Positions 1 through 16,690 of a DNA stretch of 64,000 nt are shown piece by piece. The position numbers and the translations under genes are program-made. The first letter of the stretch is position 1, and each line of letters begins with the position of its first letter. Origin of the DNA: the human T2T-CHM13v2.0 reference genome, Homo sapiens; NCBI RefSeq assembly GCF_009914755.1, contig NC_060929.1; one strand, given 5' to 3'. A model generated the notes under the pieces. That model was not told where the DNA came from. It did not search any database and saw only the letters and a program-made list of their open reading frames with translations.

Positions 1-1130
1 CATATGTAAATTATTTGCAGAGGAGATTTGCCTCTTTTATCTCATTCACTTGTTTATTCAATCATTTATTGATATCAATATGGACTAAGGAAAATTACAT
101 TTTTGGGTATAATCCAAATATACCAATTAATTTATTGTGTTGCTAAAATTATTCTAGAAATTGAAAGACCTTTCACTTGGCCCCTGTGCTTGTTTGACAT
201 ATCTCACAAATAGATTTTTGTTAGTATTTTCATAATTTCTGGCACTAGAGGATGTCCCAGGCTCATCTTGTGTATTTTCTTCCCCATTCTTAGAATCAGC
301 CACTTTAAAAGATGCCCTGCTTTCTATATAACAAATCAATATTTAAGTGCTAGCTGTGCCTGTAGCTAAGGGAGTATCAATTTTTTCATAGCTCTCTAAG
401 ATGAGAGAGCAAAGAAACAATGTGTATATTCTTACACATATGTAGACACATATCTTTAAATATTTCTATATGTAAACATCTATATTAGTCCATTATCCCA
501 TTGTTATAAAGAACTACCTGATCCTAGGTAATTTATAAAGAAAAGAGCTTTAATTGCCTCACAGTTCCACAGGCTGTACAGGAAGCAAGAATGGGGAAGC
601 CTCAGAAAACGTACAATCATAGCAGAAGGCAAAGAGGAAGCAGGCACATCTTACATGGCTGGAGAACGACGGAGAGAACTAAGGGGGAGATGCTACACAC
701 TTTTAAACAACCAGATTGTGTGAGAACTCACTCATTATCACAAGAATAGCAAGGAGGAAATCTGCCCCCATAATCCAATCCCCTCCCACTAGACTCCTCC
801 TTCAACACTGGGGATTACAATTGGACAAGAGGTTTGAGAGGGGACAAAAATGTAAACCATATCACCATCTATGTCTATATTAAGCTAAACATGGGTTCTT
901 ACTGATGTCACTACCTCTAACCTAGTCCCACAAGCATCAATGCCTTCCTGTATCTCTAAACCCCCACTCCAACAATAAAAATCCTGACTCTCACTATCTG
1001 ACATCTATTTAGTTAATTGTTCACTTCCAGTATATGTGTATAGCTGTACCAGAATTGATAACCTGCCCTTGGTAGAAGAACGTCTTTATCAACTAAATTA
1101 AATGCCTTTGTACAAGTTTCGTTTGCCTTT
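1..1130 (-). mobile_element. Old L1 (L1MC4-like) 3' UTR relic, interrupted by an MSTA LTR
   Basis: 'aatatggact...gggtataatccaaata...ttgctaaaattattctag' resembles the antisense L1MC4-type 3' end; similarity resumes after 864. Boundaries approximate. Confidence 0.55.
481..864 (-). mobile_element. MSTA/THE1D-type MaLR solo LTR
   Basis: Runs from 'tatattagtccatt' to 'aaaccatatca' and contains 'tgctacacacttttaaacaaccaga'. 5-bp TSD acatc/ccatc (476-480, 865-869). Confidence 0.9.
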
Positions 1131-1444
1131 CATCGTAAGAGTCTGCACTCATTTTCAATATCACTTTGACCAGCACCCTTTCCCTTAAGTCCCTCACTGA
1201 AGTTATTTTGTATGGTTCATAATAGAGCTAGATAAATTTGTAACAGTCTGCATTCCATCCTGAGATTCTACAACCTTTTAATTAATTTTTTATTAAAAAT
1301 ATAACTTTTATTTTTGGTAAATATTAGCACTTCTGTGCCACACTACTATATATAAATATCAAAAAAAGGTCCAGAAAGCTATAGAAAATTTAAGTGCTGA
1401 ATGTTGAACCTAACAATAACTTGGCTAAAGTAAGTACAGAAGGC

Positions 1445-3230
<1,786 letters not shown>

Positions 3231-3344
3231 ATCATTTCAAGAAAATTAGCAATGAGTTATGTCAGTCAAGCCATTGGTTTGTATTTGGTGGCACATTTAC
3301 TCTGTATTATTTCACACTAGAACCATCTGAGTTAAGTTTTATTA

Positions 3345-3415
3345 TTTGCTATATGTTGCAGATGAAGAAACTGAAGCTGAGAGAGGTTTAGTGAATGACT
3401 AAAGAGGTTGTCAGG
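3345..3415 (-). mobile_element. MIR core fragment
   Basis: 'gcagatgaagaaactgaagctgagagagg' is the antisense MIR core. Confidence 0.75.
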
Positions 3416-3989
3416 CTGCAGGGGGAAAAAAAAAAGAAACTGTATGACTAGCCTGCAATGCTTCCCAAAGTAGGCAGCTTATTATTATTGGTCACTTTTT
3501 GAGTACAAAACGCTGTGCTATGTAACAAAATAATACAATGTACATATGTATAAAAGTTAACATATACATATCAATTAACATAAGCATAACTGTAATCACA
3601 TATACTGATAAATAAAAATATAAAGTAATATATGGTAATGACCCAACCATTTGCCTAAGTTACATGTATTACAGAAGTTTTGAGGAGGGACTTCAGCTGT
3701 ATGCAAATCAGCAATTCGGGTTGTACAGTTGATTACCCATTAGTTCAGAATTCTAATAATTTAAAATATATTTATTAAGAACCTAACAATTGGAAGACCT
3801 TACAATAGGTGGGAAAATTCGACAGATGAATAATGCTTAGGAGATATCAGCATGTTTTGGAAGGATATTCCCATGAAGAGAAAAAGTATTGTGGGAAGTG
3901 TTATGGTGCGAGAGTAATATAGGTTCCAGCATGTGTTTACATTATTTTGTTGGAGGTGTTGGGGAACCTTTCATGGAAGGTGTGTGGTA

Positions 3990-4490
3990 GACTGTGTGGA
4001 CAGGTTTCCTCAACCTTCGTTCCACTCTTTGAAGAGGTTAGAAAATTAAAACAAAACAAAACAAGCAATGCAGCTTCCCTTGAGCCAGTTTTATGAATGC
4101 AGCTTAGACCACTTACCCATTGTTTGCATATGAATCAGACTTAGAAAAATGGAAAAGATCAAAGCCTGTCTTGCTATTGTTGATTCTGGCAAGTGAAATC
4201 ATGGAGACAATAGTTCAGAAGTAGTGGAAGTGGTAGGATTCAATATCCTTGTGCCTAATCCCCAGTTTCATGGGCATAAGAAGCTTAAAGTTTTAATAGT
4301 AGGAGCATCTTTTTGACCCAGGATTGCAGAAATGATTGTGTGCCTTTGAATTCAATAACTCAAAACCTTCCTCCATGCCACAGCTACTTTAGTTATTTTA
4401 GCTCTTCCTATTGTATATGTATGAAATGCACTTTCTGCTTAAGATACCTATTGCAGTTTTTATTTCCTTATTAAAACCTTGGAAAAATAT
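3990..4490 (+). mobile_element. Degraded ERVL LTR (LTR33-like)
   Basis: 'cttcccttgagccag...' and the 3' 'ctttctgcttaagatacctattgcagttttatttcc' resemble LTR33; highly diverged. Confidence 0.45.
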
Positions 4491-5044
4491 AGCACTTAAA
4501 TTATGTTTTGTAGAAATTCACTAAGCAAATAAAGCTAAAGGGGGAGAGAGTTAACCTTCTCTGCCCCCTTTTTATCAGAAGTTAGTTGTAGAAGAAATAT
4601 ACAATTTTTGCGCAATTTTAGCACCATCTAAGTTTTGTAGGTCTGGAACACAGACTGGTTAGATGAGCATTTCAGGAGCACTATAGTTGCAAAGTTAAGC
4701 AGTCACCACAATTTTATGTGTCATACAAAGATTTTTAACTTTATGTTTAAGCAACGAGCCTAGAAGCAAATGGTATTTCCATCAAGAATTGTCTCATATA
4801 AAGTAGAGCGTTTTGGAAAATGAAGTTATTAATAGATAAAAACATGTTTATACAGTTGGTTTCTAAGTATGACAAACCTATTTCTTGGTAAATTGCAAGT
4901 CCATTCCACCTGTGTTTATAGGCTCATTTGCCTAAAAATCTTGGGATTTTTTCTGATGATCTATTAAATTTTCTGATTATCTTTTGTAATGCTGTAATAG
5001 CATTTCTAACACTGTAATGAAAGAGAACAAAAGTACACGCTTGC

Positions 5045-6450
5045 TCATCATTTACTAATTCTAAAAATATATATTGAATACATCTATGTAGCAGGTACTG
5101 TGGTAGGTGTGGAAGATAGTTGAGACAGGTAACAAGCCCAACATTACGGAGCTTAGCATCACCACATAAAAGAGTTTTTAAAAACCATAGATAAGTGAAT
5201 AATGATTATAAAGACAAAGAGATTCTTGCCATATAATTACATATAAGCAAATTTAGGATGTGATGAAAGATTTTGATATTGGTCTTCTGATTTGGCTGTA
5301 GGATGAGGTGTTTATAAGTCATCCCAAGGAAGAAACAATTCAGATGAGAACTATTCAATGGATTTGCAATAACAATCCAAAGATGGAAGAAAACACTTCT
5401 AGGTAGACAAAATTGCAAGTATAGAGAATCTAAATTAAGAAAGAGCTTAGCTTTCAGATGAATTAAAAGATTGTGGTGATCAGAATGTAGAGATTGACGA
5501 GAGACAAATGAAATAAAACTAGAAGGACAAGTAGAGATTTGCGGGTCAATTTTTAAAATTTTATTATAAATGCACTGATACTGTTCTGAACATTTTCTTA
5601 CGCATGGAAATTTAATGATTATGGCTATTGAAAAATGTAACTCTTCATTTATATTTTTCCGAGAATGAAATCGGTGGAATTGCTGGGGGGTGAAAATGTC
5701 CAATGCAAAACAGGAGGCTAATTTAAGAAGATACTGCAAAATTGGTCATGATGGCTCAAACTGCTGTTCATAATAGAGAGAAGAAAATGGATAGAGTTAC
5801 ATATGGATGAGAGTAAATTGACAAGGCTAAATGCTAAAATGTGGGTAGTGACAGAAAGTAGGTGTCAAAATAGACTTCCAGGAAAAGAAAAAATGGGTCT
5901 ACAAAAGAGCCAAATGCTGATCTGGGTTACATGATCCTGAGCAGATGCAGATGTAATTGGTTAAGTAAAGTAAGTTCTTAAGATAGATTTGGCCTGGCGC
6001 TATACATTCTAGAGCCCCTGAATATAAGTGGGATATAAAACCATGGGAATGACTGTATTTGTCTAAGGAGAGAATTTGGCAGAAGAAAAGGAGACATAAG
6101 ATGAAATGCAGAGGAAATTCAAATTTAATTGGCAGGTGTAGGAAGACAAGGAGATGACAAAGGGAACTGGAAATGAGTAATCAGAGACAGAAAAGTAAAA
6201 GTAAGAGTAGAATGTCATGGAAGGCAAATAATTGGAATGTTTCAGGAACAGGGAAATGGGCAATAAAGAGAAGAAAAAAATAGTGACCAGAGGGTATAGC
6301 AATGTATAGAAATTCATCCTGTGTTAGGTTTGATTGCTTAGACGTTTTATATAAAAATCTTTCCCAGAGAGTAATAAAACAGAAGTGAGGTTAGAGAAAG
6401 AACATACGATTTAGCCAAAAGGTGGGAAAAGTTAGGAAATGAAGAATAAA
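5045..6450 (-). mobile_element. L2 LINE relic
   Basis: 'tattgaatacatctatgtagcaggtactgtggtagg' is the antisense L2 3' end, followed by purine-rich L2-like body sequence. Confidence 0.6.
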
Positions 6451-7834
6451 TATGTTTAAAGATAATGTTATGGCTACTCAATGTACAACCTCTTTTCTTT
6501 CATTATTTTTAATTGTCATATTTAAAAATAGTAATTACCACTTTTAAAAATTGTCTTATTATTTGTTACATAAGAAAATGCATTAATTCAAGCCACATAG
6601 TATCATTTATATTATGACTGTCGAAACATTACTAGAATTACTGGAACTATTAACCTAATGGTCTGAAAATTTCAACTCACTTCCCTAGCTGTCCTGATGA
6701 TCATTAGTGAAAGGAAAGACTCCATTAAATAGTGCTTACTTATAGAGAACTGGTTATAGCTGTCTCATTTCCATACATATATCTATATAAATTAATTTGA
6801 TTAATAAAACAAACACAAGGCACAAACAACAAAACACAATTTATAAATGTCATTGAAAAATGCATGCCTGTACAATTTGGGTATTTGTAATTGTAAATTG
6901 ATATACTTCATTTTTTATCCAGGAGTTACTTAGATTGAAACTTTACCTAATGTATGATAAAATAATATGTGATTAAATTTAAAAACATGATGAATTTATT
7001 TAAAATTGGCTTCAATAATGTCAGAAAGTAGTAAAATAAAATGATTCCTTCAAAGACTGCACCTGTTTGTTGCCTGAGATTATCTCTCTTGGCCACAAAT
7101 CAATATTACTTTACTTTCTTTCATTCATCAGTGATCATAAAGCTTTTCAATAATTCTAATTTTAAAGGATGATTACAGCAAGTATATAGTCATTGATTGC
7201 TTAAAGGTTGCAGCTAAAATGAACACAAAGGTAATTTTATTTTTAATAAATGAGCCCTTTTGAAAAGTCAAGCATTTTTCCTCTCACAAAACTTTGTGTA
7301 ATAAGGTTATAGATTTGATCATGTATGAGTTTGCACTGTGTGTGTGTGTATATGTGTGTGATTTCAGCAATAAAGTTCACTGTTCCACAGCTGGGAATTT
7401 CTTCTGCTTAATTGAAAATTCCGTTTTAAAATATTACCTTAAAGTTCTAAAATGGGTTTAAATGGGTTCATGAGCTGTAATACTATTAAAAAATATATGT
7501 CTACATATTTGTTGATTCTCCTCAGTTTAAGAAGTGGAGCTTCATACTCCTCCCCTTGAAGGCAGGCTAAGCTGAGTGATTCCCATCTAAGAAATAAAAC
7601 ACCACAGGATTGGAATGTTACCTTCTGAGACAAGGTCACAAAGGCTAGGGTTTTAATTTTGAGTGAACTAATTTGCTCCTTACTGGTGTTTCTCTCTCTT
7701 TCTCTCCTTCAACTCTTTACGAGCCCAGCCACCATGCAAATAATTCCAAACTCTCTTTTCTGGAAAGCTCACATAAAGAACCAAGGCATCCTATTTGATA
7801 TCCAGCCAAATGATTAAACATTCTAGAAGCAGAC

Positions 7835-8489
<655 letters not shown>

Positions 8490-11067
8490 TGGACCTTCCA
8501 ACACAAGTTAAAGGCTTTAGGGGATGCTGCCTGGGTCAACAACATGACAGCAACCTTTACTCATGACAGACCTCGAGTCAGAACCACCTACCCAAATCCA
8601 TCATTTTCCTGACTTCTATAAATTGTGTCATACATATTTATTATTTTAAGCCATTAAGTTTTAGGGTAATTTTTAAATAGAAAAATACATGAGGATAGGT
8701 AAAACTATAATTAATAGAAAAATCTAATGGCAATAATATTTACCATTGATTGACCATAAAAACTCCATTAAAATATTGCTTCTACAATTTAGTGAGAGCT
8801 TCAGTAATCAGCTTTGTCAGTCTAAAAGATGCCTCTTAGTTGATTTCACTATTTAAGTCCTGAGTAAAACAAAATGCTTTCTGTACATATGACATTATAT
8901 TATATTAATAGACTTAAACAAATACAGCTTGAATATTGGAAAGGTAGAAGTAATTCATATAATATATTAAAAAACATTGACTCCTTTTTTATTTTGCTTC
9001 CTGAAAATTAGGTTTATTTTATCCTTTTTTCCTAGAAATATTACCATATTTCTAGGAGGATGAAAGTCTGTGCAAATTAAAGATGGAGGAATAAATGTTC
9101 TCGTGTAAGTATCTTGAAGAAAAATAAAAAAAGTAATTAGTTTTGGGAGACAGAAAGTGAAATGAGGGAAAGAGCGGTAAGAGGTGATATATCAGAGCCA
9201 TTGGCTTTCTTCCTGTCACTGTGGACAAAAACTTTTAAACCACAGTCTGTAAAGAAAATGCAGTTTGTGTTTTTCTTCTGTTTTAGGGTGTGTGGGAAGA
9301 GCCAGTCTCATGTAATGTTCCAAACCCCACCTGGGGTCATTAGGGCAGAACAGAAATAATTGCATTTGATATTAGGTAGCTTAGCCCAAGTTTAAAATGA
9401 AGCTAGCAGGGTAGGTCTCTACCAGACTTTATTAAGAATTGTGATCTTTTCCTTTGGGCAAAGAGAGGTCATTGAAATGATTTAATACTTAGGTGAAGGG
9501 CAGACTTGAATTTCATAATTATTACCCAGGTTACAGCATGTAATTTAGAATGGAGAAGTTCAATGAGGAATTGGGAGATTAGTTATCAAGCTAATGAAAT
9601 ATTAATAGTTCATCTACAAATGCAGCTTTGACCTGAACGGTGAGTGGAGAAGATGATAAGTGGACATATTTGTATAATACATAGAAAAAAATCAGCAAGA
9701 AATAAGGGTAGATTGAATATGGAATAAGAGGGAGGGAGATTGGTATCAAGAATAATCTGAAATATTGGTTTTCATAAAGGGATACATAGGGTGCCACCTG
9801 GTGCAATAAGAAACACTGAAAAGGGACTTGTTACAAATGGGAGCACTGTGGATTTAATTATCTCCTGGTGAGCTTAAGATGACTTGCAGATTTCTAAGGG
9901 AAACTGTCACAAAATAAATTGTATATGTGGGCCTGAGGTTTTAAAGAGAGGCCTAAGATATACAGGAAATTTAATTTTGTGAGTCACATAATATAGATTA
10001 ACAGTGAAGCTCTGTGTTTGAGATTGCCTGTTGGTTACATTGAGTGGCAAGGGAGAGGGCAAAGAAGTGAGCATTCAATGACTGTGCACAGAAGAAGAGT
10101 GACTCTACAAAGGAGACAGAGAGGGAATGATCTAAGGAGTAGGAGGGACACACGATGAAGATGACATCTTAGCAACAAAGAAAAAAGGAAAGGAATGCTT
10201 CATGTTAGAGTGTATGTTGAATATTAATGAATAATGGCAAAGGTCAAATAAGAAAAAAAAAAAAACGAAAACAAAACACCACCCCTTCCCACATCCATTT
10301 ATGTTATAGTTATTACTCTCCACAAAATTTGTTATGATGGCCCAATATCTATGGACACTAGATAAGAATTGTGGAAATGGAATCAATAAATGCATAGAAC
10401 TCTTTGATAAGTTTTGTTGTTGAGATGAGATGAGAAATAAAAATACAGTCACAGCTTTGTCCTTGCCACCTGAACATGCTTAAAAACAGATAGTAAGTCT
10501 CTGTGTCAGAGGAAGAGTTTAACCATCTAAAAGTGATAAGGAGCAATAGACTGTGCGGTTTCTGAGAAGGTAGTAGGGAAAGGGATCCATTAGGGAAAGG
10601 ATTATATCACATACTGGGGTAGTTATGATGTGGGATCATAGGTTATGGATTTCTGATATGTGAAGAGAGACAATTAGGCAGACAAGTCAAGTGACTGAGT
10701 TAGCAAGAGAATAGTCAGATAGTGTTAAAATCCTCTGTGAATTTGCTATTTATGGATTTATGGTAGTTCCAGTATGTTCTATCATGTTCTCCTAGAGTTA
10801 AGCTGTTTCAAAGCAAGTGAGATACAGGATATGGACAAATGAACTTAGAGCATTGGCAAAAATGTAACTGAAATTATTGATGAAATGAAGAACAAATCTA
10901 GAAATTTCATAACATATTAGAATGAGAGGCTGTAGGTGCAAAGAGGAGAACACTTTAATTAAACCAGTAGTCACTTGAAATGAAAACGGAAAATGTATGA
11001 CTGTAGACATGCGTGGTTAAAGTTGGCATAGGAGAATCTCAATAGATTTGAGGTAGTGAAGAAACTA

Positions 11068-11745
<678 letters not shown>

Positions 11746-13689
11746 CTACTGGTGCATCTCTGGGTGAGCAGGAAGACTCTTCAGTCCTGGAGGTAGAGAA
11801 AACGCCTGGGCCAAGTTTCATAGCATACAGGAATGCTCTAAATATGAAATTCTCAGGGAGCACACTGAGAATTATGGAATTTGGGATTTATGAGCAGCCA
11901 GGTGCTGAGGTTCAGTAAAAGTTGAATAGCTGGGATGAACTCACTGGGCCATGAGGAATGAAAATATGTAAGAGAGAGATATTGGTCAGTGTATGAAAAG
12001 TTGCACATTTGTATTTTGGGACTATAAAGGATATATGAGACAAAACACAAGAAGTATCTGAGTTGGCTTCTCATTAGGTAATTAGAGAGCTGGAGTGAAA
12101 ATATTCAGTTCCTAGAAAAGATTGTCTTAAGGAATGCGAGACAGGAAAATATCGTGGTAGAATTGTATTGTATGTTTATAGAGAAATTAAAACAAAGAAA
12201 TGATCAGGATCAGCCAGTGTAAAATATTTTTTTTTCTAAGCCAGGTGTTCATTAGCTTTTTAGATAAATACCAACTTCATGAGGGATTATGTTGCTTTAC
12301 CTTAACTGCAACCCTCAAACACTGGTATTTGCATTTTCATGGAAATCTGATGAAGAAAAATTTTTTAGGGGAAAAAATGTAGGAATAAAAGACAGAAAAA
12401 GGAGAGGAAAACCTAAAGTAGAATTTTAAACACTAAAATATTCAGAAATTTAAAAAATAATGAATCAAGGTTACCACAAATAGGTAGCTAGATATCATGT
12501 CTAAGAAAATCACTGAGAAAAAACAGGCCAGATTTTTATAAACTCTGGATTATTTACTAGCTCAGTATACCTTGATTTAGTTACTATTTCATTTTTTTGT
12601 GTGTTCCTAAACTATATTATATATTTCACTGTAATTTACAAGAATGGGAACTGGGCACTTTTTAAAGAAATATGGTGTGTTTGCATACTTTGACAAGCAA
12701 ATAACACAGAAACACATAAATCATAAGCTTCTATTCATCAGGGTACATGTCCCCTCCTCTGAAGATTTCCCTAGCCTCTTTCAAACAATTGCTTCTCTAG
12801 TTCTCTGTACTCCTCTTGTTCATTCTCAAGGCTGATAAAATAAATTTTAGGGTAAAATAAATTATTGGAGAGGTTATAAAAGAGGGTCAAGAATTCTCCT
12901 CGTCCCCTTTCTGTGACATTTTCCGGTTGATAAAGTCGAAGTAACAAATTCTGGGTTTCTACACAGGAATTAAATCTTAGAGTTCAATGCAAATGAAAGC
13001 AGACCTCTCTTTTTGACATTCTATAGGTCAAGCTGTAAAGGGTAACCCAAGACCCTTCTATCCATCTGGTATTCCAATTACTCATCTTTTCCAACACTAA
13101 TCACCTCTGATACCATTTCTTGGCTGTTTCATGATCAGTATCGCCTGCTGAAGGCAACACTGTCACTGAAGACTGCAAGACTGCTCAAAGCATCTACCTG
13201 CCTCCTTTTTCAATCTAAACTTTATATGTTAAATATTCACACCACATCCTACTTTGTTTTGGCAACTGACAAATAAACAGGGAGTACCACACCAAAAAAA
13301 AAAAAAAGAGAGAGAGAAATGCAACTGGCAACTAATCTGAACAAGTGCACCTATTTCCTAGAAGCTGAAGACACCAAAAAATACAGTTGCTTTGCTGTCA
13401 CAAATTTTCCGATCCTCAGTTTGCAGTATCAACTCTGACTTTTCTCTGAAACAGGAAATGAGCTACCAGGATCTACCTACATATGCTTACATCTGATCAG
13501 TATTTCTTACCATTGTGATTCTCAATTTACCCAGTGAGAGAAACGAAGCTGATTCTGAGTATTCTGGGGATAATTCATCTGCAAATAATTATTTAATAAC
13601 AGATTGTACGTTGCTGGAGAAATATAATTAAATTAAAGTATTCTGCAAGCTCAACAAAGCTCCCAGCTAAGGAAGAAAAGAAAGAAAAT

Positions 13690-14905
13690 GGTTTTATTAG
13701 TGAATAAGCCTCAAACAAATATGTGATGTGGATCACAGACAATGCACTTAAGAGATAATAAAGACAGAAAAAAACTCTATATAACCGAGCAGATATAACC
13801 TATCGCATCTATATTCTTAAGATAAACCATGATTAGTCCTCAAGTAGAGGAATTGTCATTGTTGGAAATCAGAAATCCATCCTCCGAAATATGGTACCTT
13901 GACATGCTGTACACAAGCAGCAGCCTCAGGGTCTTCGACTTCGTTCCCTCCTGTCTGTCAATCCTCTGTCTCTTTCAAAGCGCAGGATGAAGTTATTTTC
14001 TGAAATTCCCTGATCTCGCTTGAGTCCAGAGCCACCAAAGAAAAAAAAAACCTCTTGTCTCTTTCCTGATTTTTCATAAATTTATCTCATATAGCAGGAA
14101 GAAAGACTAAAGTCTTTGAACAAACTCGGACAGATTTTTGTTACAAACCATTGACACCTCTGTGGGTCCAACAGACTTTGTCCCAAGCCACTGCATGTTC
14201 TGTAAGTCCACTCATTTTCCCTAAAAATTATTTACTATCCCCCAAATTGCCACATTTCTCCCCTCTCCCCTCCCCTAAGAAGAAGGGCATTAAACATCTG
14301 TACCCTGTTGTGTTATTGAATAATCACTCTCATGCGATCCCTCTGTCCTATGCACATTAAAATAAAATTTTTTAGGCTCTTTCTCCTGCTAGTCTGCCTT
14401 TTACCAGTTGATTTTCAGAGGACAAGTGGAAAGTTTTCCCTTTGCCCCTAAAGCAGTACCATTTGTCACATTATAGTTCATCAAAATTTACTAGGTAATT
14501 GAGATAACCATCTGTGTTAGCTAATTGACTTTACCCAAAGGAAAAATAAACCTTTCACATCTTTATTTCAGGAGATAGTTTGACAACTCAGTGGAGTTAT
14601 CCCACAGAAGGTAGGCTCCTATCCTCCCACAAAAACTGGGAAATATGGACATTATCTCCCTTGATATTTCCATTCCAAAGAGAGGCTCCAAAATCCTTTA
14701 GAAAGACATTGCTGGATTGTAAAGCTGGCAAGAGTCTTACTTCGCCTGTAAAAAAAAGTACATACATTTCAAAGAGACAAGTAATCAACCATTACAAATT
14801 CCCTAAAGTAAATGTTTTAAGTAAAAGAAGATTGTCTCTTCTCTTTTCAATGGGTTTAATGGGGAGAATTAAACTCCTAATTTTTAATTTGTATTTGCCC
14901 TTACA
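13690..14905 (-). mobile_element. ERV1-class LTR (tentatively MER67-like), split by MER39
   Basis: Ends 'ttttaatttgtatttgcccttaca' (minus-strand start TGTAAGGGCAAATAC). LTR-like sequence lies on both sides of the MER39 insert. Confidence 0.55.
13860..14452 (+). mobile_element. MER39-like ERV1 solo LTR
   Basis: Starts 'tgttggaaatcagaaa...aaatatggtaccttgacatgctg'; has AATAAA near 14361; ends 'aagttttccctttgcccctaaa'. Confidence 0.75.
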
Positions 14906-15139
14906 ACATACATATCATTTACCCCCCAATAAAACAAGCTTCAAAAAGTTGTATATTATTTATTTAATTTTTTAGTTTTAAATTTACAAGTAAAAATTAT
15001 ATATGCTGATGATATGCCACATGATATTATGATGTATATATATATTGTGGAAAGACTGAAACAAGCTACTTGACATATGTATAACCTTACATACATTTCT
15101 GTGTTAAGAACATTTAAAATTTATTCTCTTACTGATCAT

Positions 15140-15660
15140 TACTCTTCAGAAGTGTCAAGGTCGTGAAAGACAAGGAAAGACTAAGGAACTGTTACAGACT
15201 GAAGGTGACTAAGGAGAAATAACAACTAGATGCAATGTAGGATCTTGAATTGGTATATTAAAAAAAAAAATTACCAGGAGCAGCTTGCACCTGTAATCCC
15301 AGTTACTCCTGAGGCTGAAGCAAGAAGATTGAGCCCAGGAGTTTGAAATTAAAGTGAGCTATAATCATGCCATTACACTGTAGCCTGTTCAACAGAACAA
15401 GACCTTGCCTTGAAGAGGAAAACGAAGAAGGAGGAGGACGAGGAGGCGGAGAAGAAGAAAGAGAATTGGTGAATTTTGAAAGAAATATAATTTAGTTAAT
15501 AATATTGTACCAATATAAATTTTCTGATTTTGATAATTGCGTTACAGTCAGTAAGATGTTAATATTGTTAACTTTAGGAGAAATGAGATAAGGGATATAA
15601 AATAACAGTTTATACTCTTTTTATAATTTTTCTCTAAGTCTAAAATTAGTTTAAAATAGA
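15140..15660 (+). mobile_element. L1MC/L1ME-type 3' end containing a FRAM/AluJ-type monomer (15271-15412)
   Basis: 'tgtcaaggtcgtgaaagacaaggaaagactaaggaactgttacagactgaagg'; monomer 'cacctgtaatcccagttact...gagcccaggagtttg'. Confidence 0.75.
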
Positions 15661-16147
15661 ACATTCATTTAAGAAGACAGAGAAAGAGAGAAAGAAAACA
15701 AAAGAAAGAAAGAAAGCATGATTTCCCACTATGATTTCCCTTCCACTCTTGTAGCTTGCATGTGTTTTCCAGAAGTATAACTTACCCGGTCAAGGTACTA
15801 ATAAAATAACAACCACACTCAAAAAAAATTCTGTTAGCAATTTTCAAATATACAATATATTGCTGTTAACTGCAGTCACAATGATGGAAACAGATTACCT
15901 GAACTTATTCCTCTTAACTAAAGTTGCGTGTCAATGCTCAGCTTCACTAATGATCATGGAAATGCAAATCAAAACCACAATGAGATGTCAACTCAGACCT
16001 TTTAGAACTGCTATTACCAAGAATTGCTAATACCAAGAACATGAAAGATAAACAAGTGTTGGAGAGGATGTGGACAAAAAGCAGCCCTTGTATACTGTTG
16101 GCGGGAATGTAAATTAGTACCACCACTATAAAAAAGTGTATAGAGTT

Positions 16148-16690
16148 TGCCATGGTTAATATTGAGTGCCAACTTGATTGGATTGAAAGATGCAAAGTAT
16201 TGTTCTGAGTGTGTCTGTAAGGGTGTTGCCAAAGACTAACATTTGAGTTAGTGGACTGGGAAAGGCAGACTCACCCTCAATCTGGGTGGGCACCGTGCAA
16301 TCAGCTGCCAGCATGGCTAGAATAAAGCAGGCAGAAGAAGGTGGAAGGAGCTGACTTGCTGAGTCTTCTGGCCTTCATCTTTCTCCAGTGCTGGATGCTT
16401 CCTGCCCTTGAACATTAGACTCCAAGTTCTTTAGCTTTTGGACTCTTGGACTTACACCAGCGTTTTGCCAGGGGCTCTCAAGCCTTCGGCCACAGATTGA
16501 AGGCTACACTGTCGGTTTTCTTGCTTTTGAGGTTTTGGGACTTGGACTGTCTTCCTTGCTCCTCAGCTTGCAGATTGCTACCGTGGGACTTCACCTTGTG
16601 ATCTGTGAGTCAATAATCCTTAATAAACTCCCCTTCCTATATGCATCTACCCTGTTAGTTCTGCCCCTGTAGAGAACCCTAACTAATACA
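16148..16690 (+). mobile_element. MLT2A2 (HERV-L) solo LTR
   Basis: 'atggttaatattgagtgccaacttgattggattgaa' to 'agagaaccctaactaataca', ~543 bp; TSD gagtt/cagtt. Confidence 0.9.

Noticed and set aside
5206-5739. 177-aa minus-strand ORF
   Set aside because: Lies in a degraded L2 relic; composition (F/L/I/S-rich) reflects AT-rich DNA; no recognisable domain.
12987-12994. ATGCAAAT octamer motif (several copies in the window)
   Set aside because: A handful are expected by chance in 64 kb of AT-rich DNA; I saw no adjacent SOX site or clustering.
14580-14975. 131-aa ORF
   Set aside because: Lies within an LTR relic, has a non-ATG start and no domain similarity I recognise.
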